From assembly GCA_965215235.1 (NCBI GenBank), contig OZ244053.1, forward strand, positions 1,953,649-2,017,648: DNA of 64,000 nucleotides, given 5' to 3'. This document shows, in pieces, positions 28,386-38,306 of the stretch. The stretch's first letter is position 1. Each line of letters begins with the position of its first letter. A program made the translations under genes and the position numbers. Below the pieces are notes generated by a model. It was not told the origin of the DNA and ran no database searches. It saw only the letters and a program-made list of their open reading frames with translations. The stretch comes from Terriglobia bacterium. GTDB taxonomy: Bacteria > Acidobacteriota > Terriglobia > Versatilivoradales > Versatilivoraceae.

Positions 28386-29552
28386 CTAGCCGGGGCGTGG
28401 CGAATGCTCCTCCCTCAGGGCCTGAACGATCCGGGAGGCCGCGGCGGTCAGAGGATAGCGATCGGCATGGCTCAGCAAAATCCAGCGCGCTCCCTGGATC
28501 GAGAGAGTCGACGGAAGTGGAGCCATGAGCCGGGCCTGGTACACTTTCAAAGTAATTCTCCGATTGGTGACGGCATGCTTGATGGTGGTCAGCGGGTCGC
28601 CCAGCCGAATGGTCAAGTCGAGTTCGCTCTCGACATGCTTCACCAGGGAGCCGGCACGGTCGGCCCCGGTGAATTCTCCTCCAGGAAACTCCCACATGTC
28701 CCGGAGCAACCGGGAGTCGGATCGTCGCCGGATCAGAAATCGACCCCGATGCCAAATCACAGCCGCCGCTTGCCGGCTCAGGCGGATTTCGGGCGGCTTG
28801 CCTTTTTCCGGCAGCTGCTCTTCAACGCCGCCTTTTCGAGCTTCGCAATGGGACAACCAAGGGCAGAGCAGACAGCGAGGCTTGCGCGGCAAACAGACCG
28901 TAGCGCCCAACTCCATGAGCGCCTGGTTGAAGTCCCCGGGTCTCTGGCTGGGAAGAAGCTGCTGCCCGGCAGCGGCCAGGGTCCCCTGCAAAGGAGACTT
29001 GCCGGGGTCACCCCTCAAGCAGAAAAGCCGACTCAGAACGCGGACGACATTGCCATCCAAGGCGGCGCGCGGTTCGTCAAAGGCAATGCTGAGGATGGCT
29101 GCCGCCGTGTAGCGGCCGATACCCGGCAGCCTCAGGGCTTCCCGATAGTCTTTCGGGAACCTTCCTCCATGATTCTTGACCAGCAGCCGAGCCGCCTTCT
29201 GGAGATTTTTGGCCCGAGAGTAGTAACCCAGTCCGGCCCAGGTTCTCAGCAAGTGCTGGGTGTCGGCGCGGGCCAGATCAACAAGGGTCGGGTAAGCCTC
29301 CATGAATCGGAGAAAATAGGGGATGACGGTTTGAACCTGGGTTTGCTGCAGCATCACTTCAGATACCCAGACGGGGTAAAAATCGCGCGATTGGCGCCAG
29401 GGAAGGTTCCGATGATGGCGCTGATACCAATCGTTCAGCTTCCTTTGCAAACACCTTTTCCGGGCTGGGGGGAGAGAGACCTTGTCGGTCGTGACCGGCT
29501 TCGCCATGCCGGGAGGATCTTCCATCGTTTCTCGGCTGTCAAGGTCTTCCAT
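28386..29552 (-). CDS. mutY: A/G-specific adenine DNA glycosylase MutY
   Basis: HhH-GPD domain (LPGIGRYTAAAIL), a [4Fe-4S] loop (CLPRKPRCLLCPWLSHCEA) and a C-terminal NUDIX-like domain. The start is chosen at the internal ATG to avoid overlapping the divergent lpxD. It could be 29507-29552. Confidence 0.85.
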   Translation of the reverse strand: MEDLDSRETMEDPPGMAKPVTTDKVSLPPARKRCLQRKLNDWYQRHHRNLPWRQSRDFYPVWVSEVMLQQTQVQTVIPYFLRFMEAYPTLVDLARADTQHLLRTWAGLGYYSRAKNLQKAARLLVKNHGGRFPKDYREALRLPGIGRYTAAAILSIAFDEPRAALDGNVVRVLSRLFCLRGDPGKSPLQGTLAAAGQQLLPSQRPGDFNQALMELGATVCLPRKPRCLLCPWLSHCEARKGGVEEQLPEKGKPPEIRLSRQAAAVIWHRGRFLIRRRSDSRLLRDMWEFPGGEFTGADRAGSLVKHVESELDLTIRLGDPLTTIKHAVTNRRITLKVYQARLMAPLPSTLSIQGARWILLSHADRYPLTAAASRIVQALREEHSPRPG

Positions 29553-29634
29553 GACAAACTTGCGACGTCCCGAAGCGGATCCAGCGTGACATTTCCATGG
29601 ACAGACTTCCGGAAAGTTGCTAGATAGAGTGACC

Positions 29635-30690
29635 ATGAGTGCATCCATAGCCGAAATCGCGCGGTTTCTGGATCTTCCCTACCACGGTGACGGTTCCCGG
29701 CAGCTTCGGCGGATTTCCAACTGGGACGAAGCTGATAAAGGGTCGTTAATTTACTGCGAGGGTTCGACCCAGGGCAGCCAGTTACCCGAGGACCTACCGG
29801 CAGGCTGCATCATCACCTCCGCCGAGATTCAGAGGTGCTCCTGGAATACCATCGTTTCCGATCACCCCAAGCTGGATTTTGCCCGAGCGGCGCAGCTTCT
29901 CCACCCCCGTCCAACCGGCCAGGGAGTGCACGACCCTTCTGCAGTGGTTTCCCCCAAGGCGATCATTGGAAAGAACGTGGACCTGGGTCCTCAAGCGGTG
30001 GTTGGAGCCGGCACCCGGATCGGTGATGGATGTGTTGTGCACGCAGGTGTCGTGGTGGGAGAAGATTGCCGCATTGGTAGTGGCTGTATGCTCCATCCTC
30101 GAGTCGTTCTCTACCCAGGGGTTGAACTGGGCCATCGGGTGGTGCTCCACGCAGGCGTCGTGCTGGGCGCCGATGGTTTTGGTTACGTCTTCGATGGGAC
30201 CTCCCACGTCAAGTTTCCACAAGCAGGTACCCTCGTGGTCGAAGACGATGTGGAAATTGGGGCCAACACCACCGTGGACCGTGGTTCTCTGGGAACCACT
30301 CGAATCGGCAGAGGAAGCAAAATCGACAATCTGGTCCAAATTGCCCACAATACCCAAATCGGCTCGGCGGTCATCATAGCCTCTCAGACGGGCATTTCGG
30401 GCAGCGCCGTCATCGAAGACCAGGTGGTTATCGCCGGTCAAGCCGGATTCGGTGACCACATTCGTGTCAAAAGGGGCGCCGTCATCGGAGGACAAGCCGG
30501 GGTTCTGCCCGGCAAGGTCTTGCGCGGCAACGAGGTCTACTGGGGAACGCCCGCCCGCCCCCTGCGAGAGTTCAAGCGTATCTTGGCCCACCTCTCCCGC
30601 CTTCCCCAGATGCGTTCAGAGCTGGAGCGGTTGAAGAAGCAACTCGATCAAATCCAACAGGAAATCAACGGTCCCAAGTCCCGGAAGTGA
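29635..30690 (+). CDS. lpxD: UDP-3-O-acylglucosamine N-acyltransferase LpxD
   Basis: N-terminal LpxD domain, then left-handed beta-helix hexapeptide repeats ([31 protein letters not shown]...) and a C-terminal helix. Confidence 0.85.
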   Translation: MSASIAEIARFLDLPYHGDGSRQLRRISNWDEADKGSLIYCEGSTQGSQLPEDLPAGCIITSAEIQRCSWNTIVSDHPKLDFARAAQLLHPRPTGQGVHDPSAVVSPKAIIGKNVDLGPQAVVGAGTRIGDGCVVHAGVVVGEDCRIGSGCMLHPRVVLYPGVELGHRVVLHAGVVLGADGFGYVFDGTSHVKFPQAGTLVVEDDVEIGANTTVDRGSLGTTRIGRGSKIDNLVQIAHNTQIGSAVIIASQTGISGSAVIEDQVVIAGQAGFGDHIRVKRGAVIGGQAGVLPGKVLRGNEVYWGTPARPLREFKRILAHLSRLPQMRSELERLKKQLDQIQQEINGPKSRK

Positions 30691-30740
30691 AGCAACTGCG
30701 CGGCGCCGATGACCTCCGGCAAACCGATGAAGAAAAAAGA

Positions 30741-31094
30741 ATGAATTCGCTCCGCTTTTCTCAAATCGTGGATGAAGTTCTGGAAAGCTTACCTGAGTTG
30801 TTTAAGACCCACCTGAAAAATCTTGCCATCATCGTCCAGGATTACCCCGAGCGAGACCTGGAGCGGCAATTCTCGGGGCGACTTCTGGGCCTGTTTCGGG
30901 GTATTCCAAAGACACGTCAGTCCGTCTTCTCCACTGCCGGTTTGCCGCAGCAGGTTTTTCTCTACCAGAAGAACATAGAGGCGGTTTGTGCCGGCGAAAC
31001 CGAACTCCGCCGCCAGATCGAAATCACCTTAAAACACGAAATCGGACATTACTTTGGACTTTCCGAGGAAGATTTGCGATCCCTCGGTTATTAG
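30741..31094 (+). CDS. Zincin-like metallopeptidase family protein (HExxH)
   Basis: ~117 aa with TLKHEIGHYFGLSEEDL, characteristic of the small zincin-like / DUF1025 family. Confidence 0.6.
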   Translation: MNSLRFSQIVDEVLESLPELFKTHLKNLAIIVQDYPERDLERQFSGRLLGLFRGIPKTRQSVFSTAGLPQQVFLYQKNIEAVCAGETELRRQIEITLKHEIGHYFGLSEEDLRSLGY

Positions 31095-31097
31095 GTC

Positions 31098-31814
31098 ATG
31101 GAGTCATGCCAGCAATCTGAAATGCCCTTCCAGTCCTGGTTCAATCCGTTGAGAATCCCCGAGCCGGAAGTCATGGACGGCGAAGATGAAGTCGAGGCTT
31201 ACAGTTCTTCAGCCTCTCAAGCCTATCTGGACCGGATTGACCAGACCTTTGTGGAGCAGGTCTTGAGCCTGGGCGTTCTCCAGGGAAATGCTCTGGATAT
31301 CGGCAGCGGACCCGGTCTCATCCCCATCAAACTGGCCGCCAAAGCCACTGGGCTCTGTATAACCGGTATCGACCTCTCAGTCGCCATGCTGCAGAGAGCC
31401 CGAAGGTCGGCGGAACAAGTGGGAGTGGCTGACCGGGTTTGCTTCCGGCGGGGAGACGCCAAGTCCCTTCCCTTTTCCGAGCAGAGCTTCGATCTGGTCC
31501 TTTGCAATTCCCTACTGCACCATAGTCCCGACCCTCTGGTCCTGCTCAATGAGATCTCTCGGGTAAGCAAGCCCGAAGGAGCTCTGCTGATTCGGGACCT
31601 GAGAAGACCGTCTCGCCTTGAGTTTCCTCTCCATGCCTTCTGGTTCGGGCGTCACTATTCCGGGTTGATGAGGCAGCTCTACCTCGCCTCCTTGCACGCC
31701 TCATACACCCGAGTTGAGCTCGAGGATTTGTTGCTCCACTCGGATTTGGCAGACGCGCAGGTGTTTCAGATGGGTCGGACCCACATCGGCATCCAGCGGG
31801 CTATGAGAGCTTGA
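31098..31814 (+). CDS. Class I SAM-dependent methyltransferase
   Basis: Motif I LDIGSGPGLIP and post-I/II motifs (DLVLCNSLLHH). Confidence 0.75.
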   Translation: MESCQQSEMPFQSWFNPLRIPEPEVMDGEDEVEAYSSSASQAYLDRIDQTFVEQVLSLGVLQGNALDIGSGPGLIPIKLAAKATGLCITGIDLSVAMLQRARRSAEQVGVADRVCFRRGDAKSLPFSEQSFDLVLCNSLLHHSPDPLVLLNEISRVSKPEGALLIRDLRRPSRLEFPLHAFWFGRHYSGLMRQLYLASLHASYTRVELEDLLLHSDLADAQVFQMGRTHIGIQRAMRA

Positions 31815-32204
31815 GAGGCCAACCCGAGTACCCATCCATTCGGACGGGCCCCCTGCACTCACCGAAAGATCACATTGAAATGGCATGACGAACCCTGCCC
31901 GCCATCGAAGGGTTCATAAGGTCACCTTGTGGATTCTTGATCCAGGCACTTTGGGGCGCCCCAGGTCACTCCCAACCCGAGCCCTATGCGCCCCGATCAT
32001 TGAAGTAGTGAAAGATCGCATCGACTTCCTGGAAAACGTCCCCATTTCAGTGAATTCCGCTCTTCGGTGTTGATTCGTGGGCTCCAAAGTCAGGACTACC
32101 TTGAGCATTGGTTATGCCTGTTCCGTTCGCCCATCCTCACGCTGCTTCGTCGAGCGAGGATCGAGAAGTGTGGGATGCAAATGCCGAAGCAGGATGAAAC
32201 CGCG

Positions 32205-33200
32205 CTAGACAACTCCAGCCGCACGGAGTTGCCGATGGATCTGGTGCGCCTTTGAGTTCTGCGATTGCAGATAGAACCAGGCAGGAAATCGCGCCCGAGA
32301 GAGCGCGTAGCCGAAACTTTCACAAAAAACCTTCAGATAGGGCCTGTTTTTAAGAGCTCCTTCCATGACCGCCCTGATGCCCTGATCCAGTTTGTCAATA
32401 CCGGTACTGATACCTTTGTGGGGCTTGGCCAACCTGGGATCAAAAATCAATTCCACCCACCGCGTCATCTCATTCGACAAAACGTCCAGTGTCAGATCCT
32501 GCGGCACCAGATAAGCCTTGCGCTGTTGAATGTTGTTGAAAAAATCACGAAACGTTGTTCCTTGAGCCAGGGTATAAGCCTTGCCCACGTCTCCCATATG
32601 AGTGTCCGTGGTGGCTACCACGCCTTTGCCAAATTTCTCGGCAAGGACCATCGCCAAGGCATTCCTTTGCTGCACGCGGTGCATGTTGTATTCGACCACG
32701 GGGAATTGTTCAATCAGCCATGGAATGGCGGAATAGTTGGGTTCCTCGTGAGGTTCAAACCAGAAGGGATGATTATAGACATGGGGAAGATCGTTGGATC
32801 GCAAATAGGACAGAAAAGACTCCACGCAAGCCTCGTCTTGAGCGATCCGCTCCAGTTCGTGGAAATGTCTCCGATTCAGAAGGTAAACGTTTACGTGGAT
32901 GGTATGCCTGACCTGAGGGTCCTTGATCTTGATCTCGACTCCCGGCACCAGATCTTCCCGGTCCCACCCGATCAGGCCATAGGCATCCATCGTGTCGTAG
33001 TCCGTGAAGGTGACAAAGCGCATTCCAAGTCTCCTGGCTTTTTGGTAGAGGGCCTCGGGATGAAGCCAGGGTGCTTTGACGACGTCGTGGGAGCAGTTTG
33101 TATGGACATGAAGATCAGCAGATCCCCAGCCGCGTTCAGTGAATTGACGTGCTTCAGCAGTTGAGCAGATGTTTCCAACCGGGTGTTTTTTGCGCCTCAT
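32205..33200 (-). CDS. PHP-domain (polymerase/histidinol-phosphatase-like) metal-dependent phosphoesterase
   Basis: ADLHVHTNCSHD...HPF... His-rich PHP motifs. GGGAGG RBS before the ATG at 33200. Its start overlaps the upstream GT4 stop (ATGA). Confidence 0.7.
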   Translation of the reverse strand: MRRKKHPVGNICSTAEARQFTERGWGSADLHVHTNCSHDVVKAPWLHPEALYQKARRLGMRFVTFTDYDTMDAYGLIGWDREDLVPGVEIKIKDPQVRHTIHVNVYLLNRRHFHELERIAQDEACVESFLSYLRSNDLPHVYNHPFWFEPHEEPNYSAIPWLIEQFPVVEYNMHRVQQRNALAMVLAEKFGKGVVATTDTHMGDVGKAYTLAQGTTFRDFFNNIQQRKAYLVPQDLTLDVLSNEMTRWVELIFDPRLAKPHKGISTGIDKLDQGIRAVMEGALKNRPYLKVFCESFGYALSRARFPAWFYLQSQNSKAHQIHRQLRAAGVV

Positions 33201-34412
33201 TGTACCTCCCTCGTTTGCATTTTTGTGAGACCCACCTGTTGCTGAGATTGAGTGGACCGACTGCAACGGACCATTTCCTGATAATCCGCAAACAACCTTT
33301 TGAATACCGCCTGCCAAGTCCGGCTGACCGCCGCTTTTCTTGCCTTGTCAGCCATGATGCGACGATCTTCCGGGTGCGACACCAGCCAGTCCAACCGTTG
33401 TGCAAACTCACCGGGGATCCGCGTGATGAAACCATTCTCTCCTTCGAGCACCAACTCTTTGGGTCCCATCTGATTGGTGACGATGGCGGGCAGGCCCGAT
33501 GCCATCGCTTCCAGAACCACATTGCCGAAAGTGTCCGCTGTCGAAGGAAAAACAAAGACATCGGCCGACGCGTACGCCTCAGCCAAGACCCGCCCGGTGA
33601 GGAACCCTTCAAACCGGGCATTCCTCAAAGCCGCCTGCATCCGCTTGCGGTAAGGTCCATCACCCACCACCTTGAGTTGCACGTCGGTGCGCTCACGGAA
33701 AAGTTCAACCAACCGGTCGAGATTCTTTTGAGACTCGGCCCACATACAGTGCGGTCGGGATCCTGGATGGAACCCGGTACTTCGGATGAAACTTCTCGGC
33801 GTCCACGCCTCTCGAGAACAATTCTACTTCCCGGACCAGTCTCTTTTGCAACTCCACCCGAGTACATTCCGAAGAAGCCAGTAACCATTGGCATTTGCCG
33901 TAGAACCACTTCAGAAACCTCCAAATGACCGTTTGGCAACGAGCTCTCAGCCACCGTTGGGGCAGGCCCAGTTTCCCCAAGAAGCATTCTACACGAGGGC
34001 GCGCAAACTCAGGCAGCGCGGTATGGTGGCAGCCGACCACAGGTACAGGTAGCTTTAGGCGGGCGGCCGCAGCCAGGACATTGAGCCCCATGGAACCCGG
34101 AGTAGCGGCTTGAATCAGATCATAGTCTCCCCGTTGACACTGCCGGAGGATGTCCAGCCGGACGGGAAGCAGGTCGAATTCCATACCGGTGTAGTAACGA
34201 ATTGGAACATGCGGCTCGAATCGGAGTATCCTGACCGATCCTGTTTCTTCAACCTCGAATCGGCCATCTCCGTAAGTGTAGATGTCCAAAGAGAAACTGG
34301 AGTCCCGGCAGTATGCCGCCAGGTAATGGTAGGTGTTGGAGACCCTATTGATCTGGTCGAACGAATCGGTGAACACGGCAATTTTCATGGATTCCTCCCA
34401 AGGACTTGCCAC
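33197..34412 (-). CDS. GT4-family glycosyltransferase; frame interrupted at a T4/A4 run (~33712-33717)
   Basis: ORF 33705..34412 is the GT4 N-domain. ORF 33197..33745 is the Glycos_transf_1 C-domain (...FVFPSTADTFGNVVLEAMASGLPAIV...). Reading ...ALYVGRVSKE / KNLDRLVELF... across the join needs one extra A in tcAAAAgaatc. Confidence 0.75.
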
Positions 34413-34927
34413 TCATGTCATCGAAATCCTTCCGCAGATTCCAATTGGTCGTTGTTTCAGATTCCAGAGATTGAGTGTTCCGCAACATACAACCCTGTAT
34501 ATAGACATAGGCTGTAAACTCCTGGTTAAGTCTTGATTAAGTTGGTGTGTATTCTTCAGAGGGCAATCCGACGAGTGTGGCGGCCGGCGGGCAAACCGGC
34601 CAAGCTGCCTGCGCCCGGCCTTCGGCGGGGGTGAGAACACGTAGTACCGGCTGCAAGACAGCCTACGACTTGACTCGGGCGATGGAGCAGGCCGGCCGGG
34701 TCAAGGTCGACCGGCTGTCGCCGGTGGCGTGGAACACCGCTTGGGGATAAGGCCAAGCTATCTGCCTCATTCAAAACCATTTGCCTGGTTGGTTTGGATG
34801 AGTGTCTCCCTATACCCCTTCCGAACGTCATGACGGCACGAGGTGTTCAATTTTAATTGTCACTGTTCGATTAGATGGCTATAATAACAAAAATGGCATA
34901 AATATACTTTATGTCAAAATAAAGATT

Positions 34928-35209
34928 ATGGAGTCAAAACACAGACAGCGCTTCAGGGTAATCATGACGGAGAACGGCAGAATGGTGGTTCCTGCCCCCC
35001 TGCGCAACCTGCTTGGCGTTGAGGGTAAGCGTGCGGAGATTTTCTTCCATGTTCAGGGCCGCGAGATCACACTCACCACCAAGATGCAGGCGCTCAGACG
35101 GGCTCAGGAACGGCTCGTCGGGATCGCACCAACAGGAACGAAGCTCGTATCGGAAGAACTTATAGAGGATCGCCTGGCAGAGGCTCGCAAGGAATCCGAC
35201 GATGAGTAA
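34928..35209 (+). CDS. vapB: VapB-type antitoxin (AbrB/SpoVT/MazE fold)
   Basis: MESKHRQRFRVIMTENGRMVVPAPLRNLLGVEGKRAEIFFHVQGREITL is a swapped-hairpin DNA-binding domain. Its stop overlaps the vapC start by 8 nt. Confidence 0.75.
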   Translation: MESKHRQRFRVIMTENGRMVVPAPLRNLLGVEGKRAEIFFHVQGREITLTTKMQALRRAQERLVGIAPTGTKLVSEELIEDRLAEARKESDDE

Positions 35210-35591
35210 AACCATCCTTGACGCATCGGCCATCCTGGCTGTGCTGTTCCGAGAGCCCGGCGCCGAGGTGATCGAGGCCCATTATGAAGAAGCAATTATT
35301 TCGTCAGTGAATCTCTCCGAGGTTGCCGCGAAATTGTCTGACTGCGGTATGACGAGTGTCGAGGTTCAGGAGCTACTCTCGGGGCTCGGTCTAGAGGTTC
35401 GCGCGTTTGACGAGTCATTGGCCTTCGCGGCTGGCGCTCTGCGGGAAGCTACCCGATCGAGTGGCCTGTCCCTTGGTGATCGGGCTTGTCTCGCACTCGG
35501 CATTGCTGAAGCGATTCCTGCTGTCACTGTGGACAGGAACTGGGCTGATATCTCCGAAAAAATCGGTGTCGAGGTCGTGGTCGCGAGATAA
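35202..35591 (+). CDS. vapC: VapC PIN-domain toxin
   Basis: MSKTILDASAILAVLFREPGAE...VNLSEVAAKL...DRACLALG... carries the PIN acidic residues (D6, E, D). Confidence 0.8.
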   Translation: MSKTILDASAILAVLFREPGAEVIEAHYEEAIISSVNLSEVAAKLSDCGMTSVEVQELLSGLGLEVRAFDESLAFAAGALREATRSSGLSLGDRACLALGIAEAIPAVTVDRNWADISEKIGVEVVVAR

Positions 35592-35948
35592 GGCAGGCCG
35601 CGGTCAACACTTGGAGCGTCGCCCAGTTCAACGTCGTGTCGGCCCCCGCTCTTTGTGCTCTTCGCAGTCCAGATCACCAACCTGAGGCGGACCACCGAGG
35701 CTGTTTCCAGTGGAGAGCCGTGATGGCAGTGGTTCACCATTCTGACCGCGCCTTGGCGCCATCCCTGCAGCGGAAATAGTTGGCGTCAATCAAACAACGG
35801 GCGTGGCATGCCAAAGCATGGGCTGCTTTCTTGCTTCCACCTCTTGACAAGCACTTGCAAAGTACTTACAGAGGTAGGAAGTAGCCAGCCCACCACCCGG
35901 TTCCCCACCATAATGCCGGATTGTGACGCGACTTTCTTTGTGCACATT

Positions 35949-38306
35949 TCAGGGAAATTGAGAGGCTGACACCCGATAAGTGATGGAATCAGATAATCCG
36001 AGGTCGTCAACAACTACCAAACGATGCCTGCCCGGTTGCAGCGAGATAAACAGCCGTTCGTGTGCATCGGGAGCCCCTATGAGCAAGCCATTCTGATACC
36101 AGTACAGCTTTTCCGAGTGGGGACCGACCTGTGCGATCAATGGAATTTTTTGATATTCGGTGGGGGCGTCGGGGCGGACCAGATAGGGAGTCTCCGGCTG
36201 AGGAGACACGATCTTGGGCCGTTCCCGGGATGGGATGCTTACGCAGTCCTTGTTCAGCGGAGGGCTTTCCGGTACAGCTCGATTCTCGGCTCGCCACCAG
36301 GCCAGCAACTCTGCGGGATAGACTGTCAGCAAGCGCTGGTGGTAAGGTCGTCCCGTCAGACAATCGCCCGTCAACATATGGCCCGTGTCAGAGTCCACAA
36401 AGACCTGCTGGTGGTAGCGACACTGGATCAATTTGGATCGTCCGGGGAGATAGCTCGCAGAGATCCTCTCCGCACAAAACGGGCCCGGCAACTGATGACT
36501 CACGGAGCAAAGATGCAGATCTTTGATTTTCAGACCTCTATGTCGGCCAAAGTGCGCCCCCTCCGGCTCCAGCGCGCGAAACAAATCGAAAAGCAGAGGT
36601 CCGGCATGCTCAGCCCCTGAAATCCCCTTTACCCCCTTGCCATCAAAATTGCCGACCCAGACTCCAATGGTCAGGCGATCGGAAAAACCAACGGCCCAAG
36701 CATCTCGATGCCCATAAGACGTACCCGTTTTCCAAGCAACGGCCGGTACGCCGCGGGCCAGGTCCCACGCCCTCGGCAAGTCCGGCCGGCTCACTTCGGT
36801 CAGGATCCGGCTGACAAGATAGGCCGATTCCTTGGAGAACAGACTTCTTTCAATCCCATCGGCCTCAGCCAGAATTCGCACGGGACGGTGAATCCCACCC
36901 TCGCGCAAACTCGCATAGAGATTGGTCAATTCCAGAAGACTGACCTCGCAGCTTCCCAGGACAAGGGACAACCCATAGTCGGCACTGGGGCGATCCAGAG
37001 TGGAGAGGCCTCCCTGTTTGAGCAACCGAAAAAAATGGTTCAGCCCCATTCTCGCCAGGAGGCGGACGGCTGGAGCATTCAAGGAATCGATCAGGGCTTC
37101 CGCGACGGTGACCCGTCCTCGGTACTCGCCATCGTAGTTTTCCGCCACGTATCCCGAAAAATCGGTTGGAATGTCCAGCAGGTAGGATTCCGGTAGGATT
37201 CGACCCTCGTCCAGGGCCAAGGCATAGAGAAACGGCTTGAGCGTAGAGCCCGGAGACCGTCTCGCGATCGCTCCGTTCACTTGCCCCTGATACTGGTTTT
37301 CAAAAAACCCCGCGGAACCCACCATGACCCTCAGCGCTCTGGTTTCATTCTCAATAACCACCACGGAAGCGTTTTCAATCCCCTGCCTCCTCAAGCCGAG
37401 AATCCGTGAAGCCACTTGCCGTTCCGCGATCTTCTGGAATCTCCAGTCCAGAGTGGTCGAAAAGTTGGACCTGCCCTGTAGCCGATTGACGGCATACTCG
37501 GTGAAGTGCGGTGCGTGAAAAGGAAGTTTCTCAATTTGAGTGGGAACCGGCTGACGCAAAGCATCAGCGATCGCTTTTGGGGTGAATGTTCCCCGCGCTT
37601 CAAGCTGACGAAGAACAACGTTCCGGACCCGAAGGGCGACCGAGGGGTTGCGAGCAGGGTCGTATCTGCTGGGAGAGCGAGGAACAACCGTCAGGAGCGC
37701 GGCTTCTCCCGGGGAAAGTCGGTCAGGACTCTTACCGAAGTAGAAGAAGGCGCCAGCGCCGATTCCCTGTCGATTGCTCCCGAGGGGGACCAGATTCAAG
37801 TAAAGTTCCAATAGGTCCTCTTTGCTGAAGTACCACTCCAGTTGCAGCGCCCGGAACGCCTCTTGCAGCTTCGAACTTAGCGTTCTGGATTTCGGCTCTG
37901 CCAAGCGCGCGATCTGCATGGGGATGGTGGAAGCACCGGACACGATTCGACCACTTCTCCAATTGGTCCAAGCTGCCCTCAGAACGGACAATGGGTTGAT
38001 GCCGATATGCCAATAGAACCAGCGGTCCTCAGAGGTAACGATAGCCTCGGTGAGTTCAGGCGCTACCTCACTTAAAACAACCGGGTAGCGCCACTTTTCA
38101 TCCGAAGCGAGAAAGGTTCTCAAAAGTTTTCCGTCCCGATCCCGTACTATCACCGATGACGGACCTTTCAACTGATGAAACGGAAACGGAAAGACGCAAT
38201 CCAAGAAAAGGAGGACGGCGAAAGCCGCCAGGGGACCGAGGAGCCAGAGAGTTGCTCTTGGCCACCGCAATTTTGCCTTTGTCAGTAATCGCTGGATTGC
38301 TCTCAC
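35949..38306 (-). CDS. pbpC: Penicillin-binding protein 1C (PbpC; transglycosylase + transpeptidase + C-terminal PbpC domain)
   Basis: GT51 motifs (EDRWFYWHIGINP, RLAEPKSRTL), a transpeptidase STLK, and a C-terminal beta-sandwich. Its start overlaps the A2M stop by 4 nt. Confidence 0.9.
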   Translation of the reverse strand: MRAIQRLLTKAKLRWPRATLWLLGPLAAFAVLLFLDCVFPFPFHQLKGPSSVIVRDRDGKLLRTFLASDEKWRYPVVLSEVAPELTEAIVTSEDRWFYWHIGINPLSVLRAAWTNWRSGRIVSGASTIPMQIARLAEPKSRTLSSKLQEAFRALQLEWYFSKEDLLELYLNLVPLGSNRQGIGAGAFFYFGKSPDRLSPGEAALLTVVPRSPSRYDPARNPSVALRVRNVVLRQLEARGTFTPKAIADALRQPVPTQIEKLPFHAPHFTEYAVNRLQGRSNFSTTLDWRFQKIAERQVASRILGLRRQGIENASVVVIENETRALRVMVGSAGFFENQYQGQVNGAIARRSPGSTLKPFLYALALDEGRILPESYLLDIPTDFSGYVAENYDGEYRGRVTVAEALIDSLNAPAVRLLARMGLNHFFRLLKQGGLSTLDRPSADYGLSLVLGSCEVSLLELTNLYASLREGGIHRPVRILAEADGIERSLFSKESAYLVSRILTEVSRPDLPRAWDLARGVPAVAWKTGTSYGHRDAWAVGFSDRLTIGVWVGNFDGKGVKGISGAEHAGPLLFDLFRALEPEGAHFGRHRGLKIKDLHLCSVSHQLPGPFCAERISASYLPGRSKLIQCRYHQQVFVDSDTGHMLTGDCLTGRPYHQRLLTVYPAELLAWWRAENRAVPESPPLNKDCVSIPSRERPKIVSPQPETPYLVRPDAPTEYQKIPLIAQVGPHSEKLYWYQNGLLIGAPDAHERLFISLQPGRHRLVVVDDLGLSDSITYRVSASQFP

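Noticed and set aside
28404-29627. 407-aa + strand ORF
   Set aside because: Antisense to mutY. The mutY reading is supported by HhH-GPD, Fe-S and NUDIX motifs.
29794-30591. 265-aa minus-strand ORF
   Set aside because: Antisense to lpxD. Hexapeptide-repeat genes are self-complementary in codon pattern and commonly throw long shadow ORFs.
34560-34740. Possible SRP (4.5S) RNA, tmRNA or RNase P RNA in the GC-rich hairpin segment
   Set aside because: No match to the conserved SRP domain IV (GGAA tetraloop motif), the tmRNA ends or RNase P P4 sequences on either strand. Kept only as an unexplained structured segment.
36024-36620. 198-aa + strand ORF and neighbours (36131..36526, 36708..37196)
   Set aside because: All lie inside pbpC on the opposite strand. 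No independent support.
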